Assembly: GCA_963771355.1 (NCBI GenBank)
Contig: CAVYTA010000006.1
Span: 416,001 to 480,000 of the forward strand
Origin: an uncultured Candidatus Rokubacteria bacterium
Lineage (GTDB): Bacteria; Methylomirabilota; Methylomirabilia; Rokubacteriales; CSP1-6
Direction: 5' to 3'
Length of the DNA: 64,000 nucleotides
In this document: piece by piece, positions 49,331-58,418 of the stretch
Position numbering within the stretch: the first letter of the stretch is position 1
How the letters are laid out: each line of letters starts with the position of its first letter
Notes under the pieces: generated by a model
Database searches by the model: none
What the model was told of the DNA's origin: nothing
Seen by the model: only the letters and a program-made list of their open reading frames with translations
Program-made: the position numbers and the translations under genes

Positions 49331-50197
49331 CTAGCCGGGCGCGGGCGGGCGGCGCTCGAGGAGCCGCCGGGCGGCTTCCTCGACGGGAGGCGCAGCGGCG
49401 GTGTCCTTGTAGCTCTCGAGGCGGCGGTAGATGTCGGCGGCAGCGTCGTGGAAGCCCGACGGGAGCCCCACCGCGGCGAAGGCCTGCGCGATCTCCTCCA
49501 TCTCGCCCACGAAGCGCCAGGCCTTCCGCGCATTGTCGTGAACGGCCCGCTCGGAGCGCGCGGGCACGTCGGGCATGGAGATCTTCCACTCCGCCAGGAG
49601 CGCCGCGTCCACGCCCTCGGCGATGGCATAGGCGCGGATGGCGGCGAGCAGCCCCTGGCTGGCCTTGTTCCATCCGGCGAAGGCCACCTTGAGCGCGGAG
49701 GCCGCGCCCGGGGGCCCGGTCAGCACGTGCGCGTCGATGGGGCCGGAGGCGAAGAGCGGCGCGACCTCGGCGGCGGCGGGACCGGAGAGGTAGATGCGTG
49801 CCGCGCCGGGCTTCCGGTTGGCGGGGCCGATGATCCCGCCGTCCACGAAGCGCGCGCCCGCCGCCTCGACCACCTCACCGATGGCGCGGGACGTGGCGGG
49901 GGCCACCGCGTTCGCGTCCACGTAGATCCCACGGAAGCCGAGCGCGGCCACCGCGCGGGCCTGCGCCAGCGCCGCGTGTGGCGGGGTCACCGAGACCACC
50001 ACGCCGGCGGCGGCCGTCACGCGGGCGAGGGAGCCGCCGTCCTCGAGGCCGAGCTCCATCGCGCGGGTCCGGGTCGCGGGGCTGCGCCCCTCGGACGACC
50101 AGAGCACGCGCCCGCCGCCCGCCACGAGGGTGGCGCCCACCGCCGAGCCCATCTCACCCGGGTGCAGCAGGCCTACCGTGGAATTCGTTCGCGCCAT
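49331..50197 (-). CDS. NAD(P)-dependent 6-phosphogluconate/3-hydroxyisobutyrate dehydrogenase-like protein (DUF1932-type C-terminus)
   Basis: HPGEMGS, YVDANA, VDGGIIG and KAWRFVGEMEEIA motifs. Confidence 0.85.
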   Translation of the reverse strand: MARTNSTVGLLHPGEMGSAVGATLVAGGGRVLWSSEGRSPATRTRAMELGLEDGGSLARVTAAAGVVVSVTPPHAALAQARAVAALGFRGIYVDANAVAPATSRAIGEVVEAAGARFVDGGIIGPANRKPGAARIYLSGPAAAEVAPLFASGPIDAHVLTGPPGAASALKVAFAGWNKASQGLLAAIRAYAIAEGVDAALLAEWKISMPDVPARSERAVHDNARKAWRFVGEMEEIAQAFAAVGLPSGFHDAAADIYRRLESYKDTAAAPPVEEAARRLLERRPPAPG

Positions 50198-50288
50198 GAT
50201 CCCCTCTCCTCGATTGCGTTGGCCCCGATCCTGGTGCCGATCATACACCGTCGGCGGGACCCCGAGATTGCGGTAGGATCGGGCCGTC

Positions 50289-51665
50289 ATGAGCGAGCGC
50301 GCGGCGGAGGTCGTCATCTGCGGGGCCGGGATCGCGGGGGTGGCGCTGGCGTATCACCTCGCGGTGCGACGGGGCATGGCCGGGGTGGTGCTCGTGGACG
50401 AGCGGCCGCCGCTCTCCCTCACCAGCGACAAATCCACCGAGTCGTACCGGAACTGGTGGCCGGGTCCCGGCAACGACATGGTGGCGGTGATGAACCGCAG
50501 CATCGATCTCCTCGAGGAGCTGGCGCGCGAGAGCGGCAATGTCTTTCGCATGAACCGGCGCGGCTACCTCTTCGCCACCGCCGATCCCGCCCGGGTGCCG
50601 GACTTCGTGCGCGCCGCCGAGGAGGCGACCGGGCGCGGGGCGGGAGCCACCCGCCTGCACGCTACTCCGTCGAGCGACTATCGTCCGGCGCCCGCGGACG
50701 GCTTCGAGGAGCAGCCGGTGGGGGCCGACGTCATCACCGACCGGAGCCTGATCCGGCGGCATTTCCCCTACCTGGCGGAGGATACGGTGGCGCTGCTCCA
50801 CGCGCGCCGCTGCGGCTGGTTCAGCGGGCAGCAGCTCGGCATGTATCTGCTCGAGCGCGCGCGCGAGAAGGGCGCGCGCCTGGTCGAGGGGCGAGTGGAG
50901 ACGGTGGACGTCGCCGGAGGACGCGTGCGCGGCGTCACCCTGGCGGGACCGGGCGGGACCCGGCACATCGCCACGCCACGCTTCGTGAACGCGGCGGGCC
51001 CCTTCGCCAAGGCGGTCGGCCGTCTTCTCGGAGTGGAGCTGCCCGTGTTCTGCGAGCGCCATTGCAAGGTCGCCTTCAACGACACGCTGCGCGCGGTGCC
51101 CCGCGAGGCGCCCATGATGATCTGGACCGATCCGGTGCGGCTGCCCTGGACCGCGGACGAGCGCGAGGAGCTGCGGGAGTCCGACGCCATCCGCCATCTC
51201 CTCGAGGAATTACCCGCCGGCGTGCACGGCCGGCCCGAGGGCGCGGGCGAGAGCCCGGTGGTGCTCGGCATCTGGACCTATGACGTCGAGCCGGTGGAGC
51301 CGGAGTTCCCCATCGCGTTCGATCCGGCCTCCGCGGAAATTGTGATCCGCGGGCTCTCGCGGATGATCCCGGCGCTGGGCGGCTATGCGCAGCGCCTGCC
51401 CCGGTCTTTCGTGGACGGCGGCTACTACACCAAGACGGAGGAGAACCGCTTCCTTGCCTGCCCGCTCCCGGTGGAGGGGGCCTATCTCCTCGGGGGACTC
51501 TCCGGCTACGGCCTCATGTCCTCCAATGGTGCCGCCGATCTCCTGGCCGACCATATCGTCGGGCGCCCGCTGCCCGACTATGCGGGCGCCTTCCACCTGG
51601 ACCGCTACGCCGACCCCGCCTACCGGGCCCTCCTCACGAGCTGGGGGGACTCGGGCCAGCTCTAG
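50289..51665 (+). CDS. FAD-dependent oxidoreductase (DAO/sarcosine oxidase beta-like)
   Basis: GAGIAG FAD-binding motif; VNAAGP and GLSGYG motifs. Confidence 0.88.
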   Translation: MSERAAEVVICGAGIAGVALAYHLAVRRGMAGVVLVDERPPLSLTSDKSTESYRNWWPGPGNDMVAVMNRSIDLLEELARESGNVFRMNRRGYLFATADPARVPDFVRAAEEATGRGAGATRLHATPSSDYRPAPADGFEEQPVGADVITDRSLIRRHFPYLAEDTVALLHARRCGWFSGQQLGMYLLERAREKGARLVEGRVETVDVAGGRVRGVTLAGPGGTRHIATPRFVNAAGPFAKAVGRLLGVELPVFCERHCKVAFNDTLRAVPREAPMMIWTDPVRLPWTADEREELRESDAIRHLLEELPAGVHGRPEGAGESPVVLGIWTYDVEPVEPEFPIAFDPASAEIVIRGLSRMIPALGGYAQRLPRSFVDGGYYTKTEENRFLACPLPVEGAYLLGGLSGYGLMSSNGAADLLADHIVGRPLPDYAGAFHLDRYADPAYRALLTSWGDSGQL

Positions 51666-51742
51666 GAAGAGATGAGACGTAGCCTTTTAAGTTACTAGAA
51701 ACATGATCAAAATGGATACTTCATGTGGTCTCGATCCCGGCG

Positions 51743-51772
51743 TTTCACATCTGCACGGTCGCGGTGTCTCAT
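51743..51772 (+). promoter_or_regulatory. Putative ECF-type promoter, copy 1 (TTTCAC-N13-CGGTGTCTCAT)
   Basis: Same boxes and spacing as the copy at 53317-53346; lies 10 nt upstream of the sigma ATG. Confidence 0.6.
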
Positions 51773-51782
51773 GAGTAGAGTG

Positions 51783-52310
51783 ATGGCTGACGAGGCATTC
51801 GAGATCGTGGTGGCCGCCCACCACGCCGAGATACACCGGTACCTCGTGCGCGTGACTCGACGCCCGGGGGATGCCGATGATCTGTCTCAGGAGACCTTCA
51901 TCCGGGCCTTCCGTGCGCACTCGGCCTTGCCGGCAGGGTCGAATGTCCGCGCCTGGCTCTTCACCATCGCGACGAATCTGTGTCGAAACTACTGGCGCTC
52001 GGAGTCGCGGCGTCGCCGGGCTTACGAGGCCGCCGGCGAGACCGCGGCGCACCACGAAGAAGCCGAAGGGGAGGGCGCGATGGTCATGGAGCAGGCGAGT
52101 GAGGAGATCGGGCGCATCGTCGCCGCGCTGCCGCTCCGCCAGCGACTGGCCTTCACGCTCCGCAAGGTCCACGAGCTCGAGTACGAGGCCATCGGCCGGA
52201 GCCTCGACTGCTCTCCCGATACCGCGCGGGCGCATGTCTTCCAGGCGCTGCGCAAGATCCGACGCGGGCTCGATGCCCCGGCCGGGGCCCGCACGGAGTC
52301 CAAGCGATGA
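51783..52310 (+). CDS. ECF RNA polymerase sigma factor
   Basis: Region 2 DADDLSQETFIRA..RAWLFTIATNLCRN; region 4 LPLRQRLAF..YEAIG..TARAHVFQA. Confidence 0.92.
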   Translation: MADEAFEIVVAAHHAEIHRYLVRVTRRPGDADDLSQETFIRAFRAHSALPAGSNVRAWLFTIATNLCRNYWRSESRRRRAYEAAGETAAHHEEAEGEGAMVMEQASEEIGRIVAALPLRQRLAFTLRKVHELEYEAIGRSLDCSPDTARAHVFQALRKIRRGLDAPAGARTESKR

Positions 52311-53272
52311 CCAGAGAGCCCCGATCCTGTCGTGAGATCGAGCCGGACCTGATCGCGGTGGCGACCGCCGAGGCGCCGCCCGCCGCCGCCCGCCGCGTGG
52401 AGAGCCACGTGGCGGAGTGCGCGTCCTGCCGGAGCGAGCTCGCGCAGTATCAGACGGTCGACGGGCTCGTGACCGCGTACCGAGACACGCGCGCGCTCGA
52501 GGCCGACCCCACGCTGGCCCGCGCGCAGCTCGAGAGCCGGCTCGCGGACCTGCGCAGCCGCATCATGCGCTACGGCGTGTTCGACTCTCCGCTCGGGCCC
52601 ATCGCCATCGGCGTCTCGGAGCACGGGGTGTCCATGGTGGAGTACGTACGCCCGGCCGAGCGGACGGGCGGCGGGTTGGCGCGGCGGGCGGGCGGAGAAG
52701 CGGTGGAGGACCCCCGCCGGACGGAAGGGCTCTATCGCGAGCTGGCCGACTATCTCGACGGGCGGCGCACGCGGCTGGACTGGCCGCTCGATCTCCGGCG
52801 GACCCGGAGCGACTTCCAGCGGCGCGTCCTCGAGGCCACCGCGCGTCTTCCCTATGGGGCGGTGACCTCCTATGCGGGCATCGCGCGCGAGATCGGCGCG
52901 CCGCGCGCGACCCGCGCGGTGGCCCAGGCGCTCCGCCACAATCCACTCCCCATCGTGGTCCCGTGCCACCGCGTGATCGGCAGCAGCGGCGACCTCACCG
53001 GCTATGCGGGGACGCGCATCGGGCTCAAGCGAGATCTGCTGGCGGTGGAAGGCGTTCACACCATGCCCGGTCATGGCGACTTTCACATCGAGCGGCGCGC
53101 CGTCTACTACAAGTACCTCGATGGGGGTGAGTATTGCCTGCCGACCTGTGGTGGCATTCTCGAGAAGCCACTGGGTGACTTCACGGTATTCGGCTCGCGC
53201 GACCGCGCGGAAGCGGTGGGGCTCCAGCCCTGCACGGACTGCCGGCCCGATCTGCATCCGCTCCCCGCCTGA
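52307..53272 (+). CDS. Fusion: ZAS (zf-HC2) anti-sigma domain + O6-methylguanine-DNA methyltransferase + Ada-type Zn-binding domain
   Basis: HVAECASC; SPLG..FQRRV..RAVAQAL.HNP..PCHRVI; YCLPTC..AEAVGLQPCTDCRP. Confidence 0.85.
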   Translation: MTREPRSCREIEPDLIAVATAEAPPAAARRVESHVAECASCRSELAQYQTVDGLVTAYRDTRALEADPTLARAQLESRLADLRSRIMRYGVFDSPLGPIAIGVSEHGVSMVEYVRPAERTGGGLARRAGGEAVEDPRRTEGLYRELADYLDGRRTRLDWPLDLRRTRSDFQRRVLEATARLPYGAVTSYAGIAREIGAPRATRAVAQALRHNPLPIVVPCHRVIGSSGDLTGYAGTRIGLKRDLLAVEGVHTMPGHGDFHIERRAVYYKYLDGGEYCLPTCGGILEKPLGDFTVFGSRDRAEAVGLQPCTDCRPDLHPLPA

Positions 53273-53316
53273 CCGCTCGTACGTTTCCCGTTTTCACGCC
53301 CTTCACGGCTTTCGCC

Positions 53317-53346
53317 TTTCACGTTGCCTGCGCGCCGGTGTCTCAT
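53317..53346 (+). promoter_or_regulatory. Putative ECF-type promoter, copy 2 (TTTCAC-N13-CGGTGTCTCAT)
   Basis: Matches 51743-51772; precedes SD AAAGGAG and ATG 53375. Confidence 0.6.
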
Positions 53347-53374
53347 CTGTGAAGGCACGAGAAAGGAGCGCGCG

Positions 53375-53785
53375 ATGCACATCATCGGGACACTCATCGT
53401 GGTGGCGATACCCCTGGTCGGAATCTTCGGACTCCTGTGGCTCAGCGAGCGCTGGCAGGCGCGCCGCGAGGTCGGGCGGCACCTCCAGATCGCGGTCACC
53501 GACGCGGTGCACGGGGCGCTCGGCGCGGTGGCGGCACCGGTAGTGACGCGGCGCCCGGGCGGCGGCTGGCGGATCCAGATGCGGGTCACGCCGGGCCGGT
53601 CCGATCTGGCCGCGGCGCTCGTGCGTGTGACGGAAGATGTGATGGACCGTGCGACGGGCGAGATGCGGCGCCCCTTCGAGATCGTCCTGCTCCCGACGGA
53701 GGGGATCGGCGCCGCCGGGCACGGTCCGCGCGCCCTGGGCCAACGCAGCAAGAGCGCCGCGCCGCTGGCCGCGGCCGCGCGCTGA
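53375..53785 (+). CDS. Hypothetical protein with N-terminal TM helix
   Basis: SD AAAGGAG; hydrophobic N-terminus MHIIGTLIVVAIPLVGIFGLLWL. Confidence 0.65.
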   Translation: MHIIGTLIVVAIPLVGIFGLLWLSERWQARREVGRHLQIAVTDAVHGALGAVAAPVVTRRPGGGWRIQMRVTPGRSDLAAALVRVTEDVMDRATGEMRRPFEIVLLPTEGIGAAGHGPRALGQRSKSAAPLAAAAR

Positions 53786-53797
53786 GAGGAGGCCGCC

Positions 53798-53959
53798 ATG
53801 CTCAGCTACTACGCGCTGGAGAAAGTCGTGGAGATGCGGCTCGCCGAGCTTCGTGAGGAGGCGGCGCGGGCCCGGGCGGTGGCGTCTCCCGAGCCGGCTG
53901 CTCGGCCGGCTCCCGCCCGACCCCTTCGCTGGTTCCAGGTCCAGATCTTCGGTCGTTGA
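53798..53959 (+). CDS. Small protein, 53 aa (not in the ORF track)
   Basis: AGGAGG SD; translates as MLSYYALEKVVEMRLAELREEAARARAVASPEPAARPAPARPLRWFQVQIFGR. Confidence 0.6.
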   Translation: MLSYYALEKVVEMRLAELREEAARARAVASPEPAARPAPARPLRWFQVQIFGR

Positions 53960-53966
53960 GGGCCGA

Positions 53967-55256
53967 CTACCAGTACTGCATCGAGTCGCGCAGGATCCAC
54001 TCGAGGTCGGCGGCGCCGACCGGACGCGGCGCGCCGGCGAGAAGGCGCGGCTGCCTGAGCGTACCCTCGACGAGCGCGGGAATATCGTGCTCGCCATAGC
54101 CCACCGCGGTGAGCCCATTGGGGATGCCGGTGTCGCGCATGAGGGCGATGAGCGCGCCGGGCAGGGCCTCGCGGCGCTCGCGCTCGCCGAGCCCTTCGAC
54201 GGGAGCGCCCATCAGGGCGGCCGCGCGGAGGTGGCGGTCGGGGGCGGTGGCATAGGTGAAGCGGAAGGCCGCGGGCGCAGTGAGGATCACCGCCATGCCG
54301 TGCGGCACCATGGCATGGCGGGTGCGGTAGCCGCTGGGCACGTAATCCCGCACGAGCCCGGCGATGGGATACGCGAGCGCGTGGGGAATGTGCACGCCGG
54401 CGTTGCCGAAGCCGATGCCGGCATAGTTGGCGGCCAGTGCGAGGTTCACCCGTGCCTCGAGATCGAGCCCGTTGAGCACGGCCCGCCGCAGGTAGCGCGC
54501 GACGTGCTCCATGGCCTTCTCGCACCAGACGTCGCTGGCGGGATTGGCGCCGATATAGGCGGGCCGGTCCGGCGGATGATGCTTGGCGCGGGCATTGTAC
54601 GGGCGCGTCGTGTACGACTCGATGGCGTGGGTGAGGATGTCGGCGCCCGCCGCCGCCGTCACTTCCGGTGGGACGGTGAGGGTGTTGAGCGGATCCACCA
54701 CGCCGAGGGTGGGGCGCAGCAGCCGATGCGACACCCCCGCCTTGATGTTCTGGTCCAGCACATGGGTCACCGCCACCGCGGTGGTCTCGCTGCCGGTGCC
54801 GGCGGTGGTGGGCACCGCGATCAGGGGCTTGAGCGGCCCCGGCACCGGGACACCCTTGCCCACCGGCTTGTTGAGGTAGTCGAGTAGCGGCGCGGGATGG
54901 CAGGTGAGGAGGTTGGCGGCCTTGCACGTGTCGATGGTGCTCCCGCCGCCTACCGCGATGAGGCCGTCGAACTCCTTGGTACGCGCGTACTCCGCGGCCT
55001 CCTCCATGGACCGGTCGGTCGGCTCGACCTCGACACCGTCATAGACCTCCGCCTTGATCCCCTGCTCCTCGAGGAGCCCGCGCACGCGGTCGGGCAGGCC
55101 CGCAGCGGCGAGATTGCGATCGGTGAAGATCAGGGCCTTGGCCAGTCCCAGCCGGGCGGCGTCGAAGCCGATCTCCTCCATGGCGCCCAGCCCGAACTTG
55201 ATGGGCGACATCTCCATCACGAAGACGGTTTCCGTCGGCAGCGTCACGCCCTTCAT
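53967..55256 (-). CDS. Hydroxyacid-oxoacid transhydrogenase (iron-containing ADH family)
   Basis: GGGSTIDTCK, PTTAGTGSE, DILTHAIESYT and GNAGVHIPH motifs. Confidence 0.9.
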   Translation of the reverse strand: MKGVTLPTETVFVMEMSPIKFGLGAMEEIGFDAARLGLAKALIFTDRNLAAAGLPDRVRGLLEEQGIKAEVYDGVEVEPTDRSMEEAAEYARTKEFDGLIAVGGGSTIDTCKAANLLTCHPAPLLDYLNKPVGKGVPVPGPLKPLIAVPTTAGTGSETTAVAVTHVLDQNIKAGVSHRLLRPTLGVVDPLNTLTVPPEVTAAAGADILTHAIESYTTRPYNARAKHHPPDRPAYIGANPASDVWCEKAMEHVARYLRRAVLNGLDLEARVNLALAANYAGIGFGNAGVHIPHALAYPIAGLVRDYVPSGYRTRHAMVPHGMAVILTAPAAFRFTYATAPDRHLRAAALMGAPVEGLGERERREALPGALIALMRDTGIPNGLTAVGYGEHDIPALVEGTLRQPRLLAGAPRPVGAADLEWILRDSMQYW

Positions 55257-55720
55257 GCGGCGCCTCCCTTGAGCTGCTCCTCCGCGACGCGCTTGACGTC
55301 GCCGGCCTCCACCTGTCCCTTGTGAGTCTTCATGACGTCGCCGACCAGGCGCCCCACCTGCTTGGCGTCCGCGATGCCGAGCGCGGCGAGGCGCTCGCGC
55401 ACCAGGGCGCGCAGCGTGGTTTCGTCCATCCCGCGCGGCAGCCACCGCTCGCAGAACTCGATCTCGAAGCGGAGCTGAGCGGCCTGCTCCGCGCCCCGCT
55501 CGCCTACCTTCTCGAACTCCGCGAGCGCCTTCTGCAGCTGCTTGCGATAGGCGCCGATGACGTCGACGAGGAGGGCGTCGTCCACGGTGCCGGAGAAGCC
55601 CTTGGCCGTCCGCCGCTCCTGGAGCTTGGTCTTGAGCATGCGGACCACGTTGGCGGTGGGGGCGTCCTTGTCCTTGATGGCCCGGGTCAGAGTGTCGGAG
55701 AGCTCTTGCTCGATTCCCAT
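55253..55720 (-). CDS. GatB/YqeY domain protein
   Basis: AIKDKD..VRMLK..EIEFCERWLP..VGRLVGDVMK pattern. Confidence 0.85.
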   Translation of the reverse strand: MGIEQELSDTLTRAIKDKDAPTANVVRMLKTKLQERRTAKGFSGTVDDALLVDVIGAYRKQLQKALAEFEKVGERGAEQAAQLRFEIEFCERWLPRGMDETTLRALVRERLAALGIADAKQVGRLVGDVMKTHKGQVEAGDVKRVAEEQLKGGAA

Positions 55721-55828
55721 GCGCGCCATCCTATCATCGTCCGGCGCCGGCCATCCGGGGGCGAGAGCCAGCGACCCGCGCGGGCGCGCCGCTTGCGTGC
55801 GTCGAGGCCGCGTGCTTTGATCGTCGCC

Positions 55829-56878
55829 ATGCGCGCCACTCTCGTCCTTCTTCTCGTCACGCTCGGGCTCGCTCCCGCCGCCCTGGCCGCTCCGCCCACC
55901 CTGCCGCCGGGCTTCACCAGTGAGGTGTACGTGACCGGCGACGGTTACACGTCGGATGCCTGGCGCGGTCTGCCGGGGATTCCCTCCACGCCCACGATGG
56001 CGGTGGACGCCGATGGGGTGCTCTATCTCGCGCGGAGCGGCCGCCGCTATTCCGGCGGCGAGGCCGAGGATCTCTGGCGCGTCTACCGGATCCCGCCGGG
56101 CGGGGCACGGCTCTCGCCGCAGTCGGAATCGCGCTATCTCATCGGCCCGCCGCTGTCGAATCCCCAGGTGGCGTCGGTGCGGGGCGGGCGCGAGCTGCTC
56201 GTCACCACCTTCGACCGCGACCGTGTGGTCGGGGTGCTGTACCGCATGCTGGCGGGCCGGGCGGAGCTGCTCGCAGGCGGCACACCGCCGCGCGGGACTC
56301 CGCCCCTGCTCAAGCAGCCGGAGGGCGCGGTCGCCGACACCGCCGGCAACATCTATGTCGCCGACCGCGCGCAGGGGGTCGTGCTCCGGCTGAGTCCGCA
56401 GGGCGACGTGCTCGATCCCCGGATGGTCAGCGTGGGCCGGCCCCGCCTGCTCGCGCTGGGCCCCGAGCAGCTCTGGGTGGCGGCGGATGGGACGGCGGAG
56501 GCGCCGTGGCAGCGCGGGCCGGGCGAGATCTGGCAGGTGAACCCAGAGGGCAAGGCCACCCTGATACTTACCGGGCCGGTGGTGGCGGGGATGTCGGTGG
56601 GCCCGGCCGGCCGACTCTTCGTGGCGGATCGTCAAGGGGCCGAGATCTTCGTGCTGGGACCAGACGGGACGAAGATGGGGTTCGCGCGCTTCGGCGAGGG
56701 CGACGCGCCACGCACCCTGGCCTTCGTTCCGGTGACGCCGGAAACCCTCCGGGCGGGCATCGCCGGGGATCTCCTCGTGGTCACGGTGAGCCGCGGCGCC
56801 TGGCCCGTGAACGAGGTGATGCGTGTCTCCGGCCCCTTCGAGCGCTTCGTCCAGGATGGCGCGGCGGCGCCGCGCTGA
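55829..56878 (+). CDS. Secreted NHL/beta-propeller protein
   Basis: Signal peptide; PEGAVADTAGNIYVAD and GRLFVAD repeats. Confidence 0.7.
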   Translation: MRATLVLLLVTLGLAPAALAAPPTLPPGFTSEVYVTGDGYTSDAWRGLPGIPSTPTMAVDADGVLYLARSGRRYSGGEAEDLWRVYRIPPGGARLSPQSESRYLIGPPLSNPQVASVRGGRELLVTTFDRDRVVGVLYRMLAGRAELLAGGTPPRGTPPLLKQPEGAVADTAGNIYVADRAQGVVLRLSPQGDVLDPRMVSVGRPRLLALGPEQLWVAADGTAEAPWQRGPGEIWQVNPEGKATLILTGPVVAGMSVGPAGRLFVADRQGAEIFVLGPDGTKMGFARFGEGDAPRTLAFVPVTPETLRAGIAGDLLVVTVSRGAWPVNEVMRVSGPFERFVQDGAAAPR

Positions 56879-56893
56879 CGGAGCCACCGCCCC

Positions 56894-58408
56894 TCAGCGC
56901 CGCGGCGTCGAGCCTTCCTGCAACAGCCAGTCGATGATGGCGCCGCCGTCGTCGGCCTCGCGCGCCGGTGGCGGTGACGCCGGTGTACGCGGCGGCGGTA
57001 CCGCCCGCGTCTCCACCGAGGACGACGGCGCCTCCACCGCCGCTGGTCTCGGCAGACTCTCGGCCGCTGAGCGAGGCACTGTCGCCCTCGGGGGCGGGGA
57101 CACCGGGCTGGGCACCACGTCACGCGCGACCGGGCGCGAGGGCGGCCTCGAGGCCGGGGTTGCCGCCGGGGGGAGCGTCACCACGGGGGGCGGCGCGGGC
57201 GCGGGAGGCAGCGCGGCCGGGGGAGGCAGCGCGGGCGCGGAAGGCGGCACGGACGCGGTAGGCAATGCGGCCGGGGGAGACGGCGCGGGAGCGGGGGGCA
57301 GCGCGGCCGGGGGAGGCAGCGCGGGCGCAGACGGTAACGGCGCCTCGGCCACGGGCGGCGGCGGCGAGGCGACCTGGGTGGGTGTCGGAGCCGGCGGCGC
57401 GAGGAGCGGAACCGGGTCGGGTGCGCCGAGCCACGATCCGCCCAGTACGATCGCCACGCCGCCCACGACCACGAGCACGCCGGCGGCCAGCCAGACTCGC
57501 TTCCCGACTCCAGCACGCCCCCGATGATCCGCGCCCCGCCCCTGCCGGCCGGTCCTGTTGAATGGGCTGATCTCGCTCCAGAGATCGTTGAAGAGATCGG
57601 TGACGTCGCGGTGGCGCCGGGACGGCTCCGGTGCCAGCGCCCGCATGACGATCCGTTCGAGGGTCCGCGTGACTTCGGGCCGGAGCTTGCGAACCGCCAG
57701 GGTACCGCCGCGTCGCCGCCTCGCCAGATGCGTGCCCGGCGGCCGGCCCGTCAGCATCTCGTAGAGCAGCGCGCCCACCGCGAATACATCGCTCTGATTC
57801 GTGGCCTCGCCGGTGAGGGATTGCTCCGGCGCCTGATAGGGCGTGGTGAGTCCCCCCACCGTGCGTGCCCCCCGGCGGCTCAGCCAGCGTGCTGTCCGCA
57901 CCCAGTCGAGGCCGAACTGGGTGAGCTTGACGGTCTCCTCCCCTCCCACCAGCGCGACGTTCTGCGGGCTGAGACAGCCGTGAATCACGCCCAGCATGTG
58001 GGCGACTTCGAGGGGCTCGGCGATGCCGATGGCGAGGCGTACCGCGCGCTCCGGCCGGAAGGGCCCGTCGCGCCGCAAGGCTTCCGCGAGCGTCACCCCT
58101 TCGGGCGGCTCGAGCGCGAGGTAGAGCGCGCCGCCGGGCGTGACGCCGCACTCGTACACCGCGGCGATCGAGGGACAGCGGGCGGAGAGCGCGACGAGCC
58201 GGCCCGCGTGCTCGCGCATGGACCGGACAAGCTCCTCGTCGCGGGCGGCATCGTGAGCGAGGACGCGCAGAGTCACCCGCGCGCGGGTGTCGGCGCGCTC
58301 GGCGAGGTACAGGGCATCCTGGACCCCGGGCACGAGCGTCTCGATTGTCCGGTACGGGCCGTAGCCCGTGGGCGTGGGCTCGGTCGTAGGTACGGAGGGA
58401 AGCGTCAC
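56894..58408 (-). CDS. Membrane-anchored Ser/Thr kinase-like protein with degenerate catalytic motifs and a Pro-rich tail
   Basis: YQAPEQ and SDVFAVGALLYEMLTG conserved; VTLR, HGC and QFG replace VAxK, HRD and DFG; TM helix followed by Pro/Ala repeats. Confidence 0.85.
   Translation of the reverse strand: MTLPSVPTTEPTPTGYGPYRTIETLVPGVQDALYLAERADTRARVTLRVLAHDAARDEELVRSMREHAGRLVALSARCPSIAAVYECGVTPGGALYLALEPPEGVTLAEALRRDGPFRPERAVRLAIGIAEPLEVAHMLGVIHGCLSPQNVALVGGEETVKLTQFGLDWVRTARWLSRRGARTVGGLTTPYQAPEQSLTGEATNQSDVFAVGALLYEMLTGRPPGTHLARRRRGGTLAVRKLRPEVTRTLERIVMRALAPEPSRRHRDVTDLFNDLWSEISPFNRTGRQGRGADHRGRAGVGKRVWLAAGVLVVVGGVAIVLGGSWLGAPDPVPLLAPPAPTPTQVASPPPPVAEAPLPSAPALPPPAALPPAPAPSPPAALPTASVPPSAPALPPPAALPPAPAPPPVVTLPPAATPASRPPSRPVARDVVPSPVSPPPRATVPRSAAESLPRPAAVEAPSSSVETRAVPPPRTPASPPPAREADDGGAIIDWLLQEGSTPRR
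57191..57334 (-). repeat. Intragenic repeat, 90-bp period, encoding PSAPALPPPAALPPAPAP twice
   Basis: GGCAGCGCGGCCGGGGGAGGCAGCGCGGGCGC occurs at 57207 and 57297. Confidence 0.8.
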
Positions 58409-58418
58409 CGGCGGTCCG

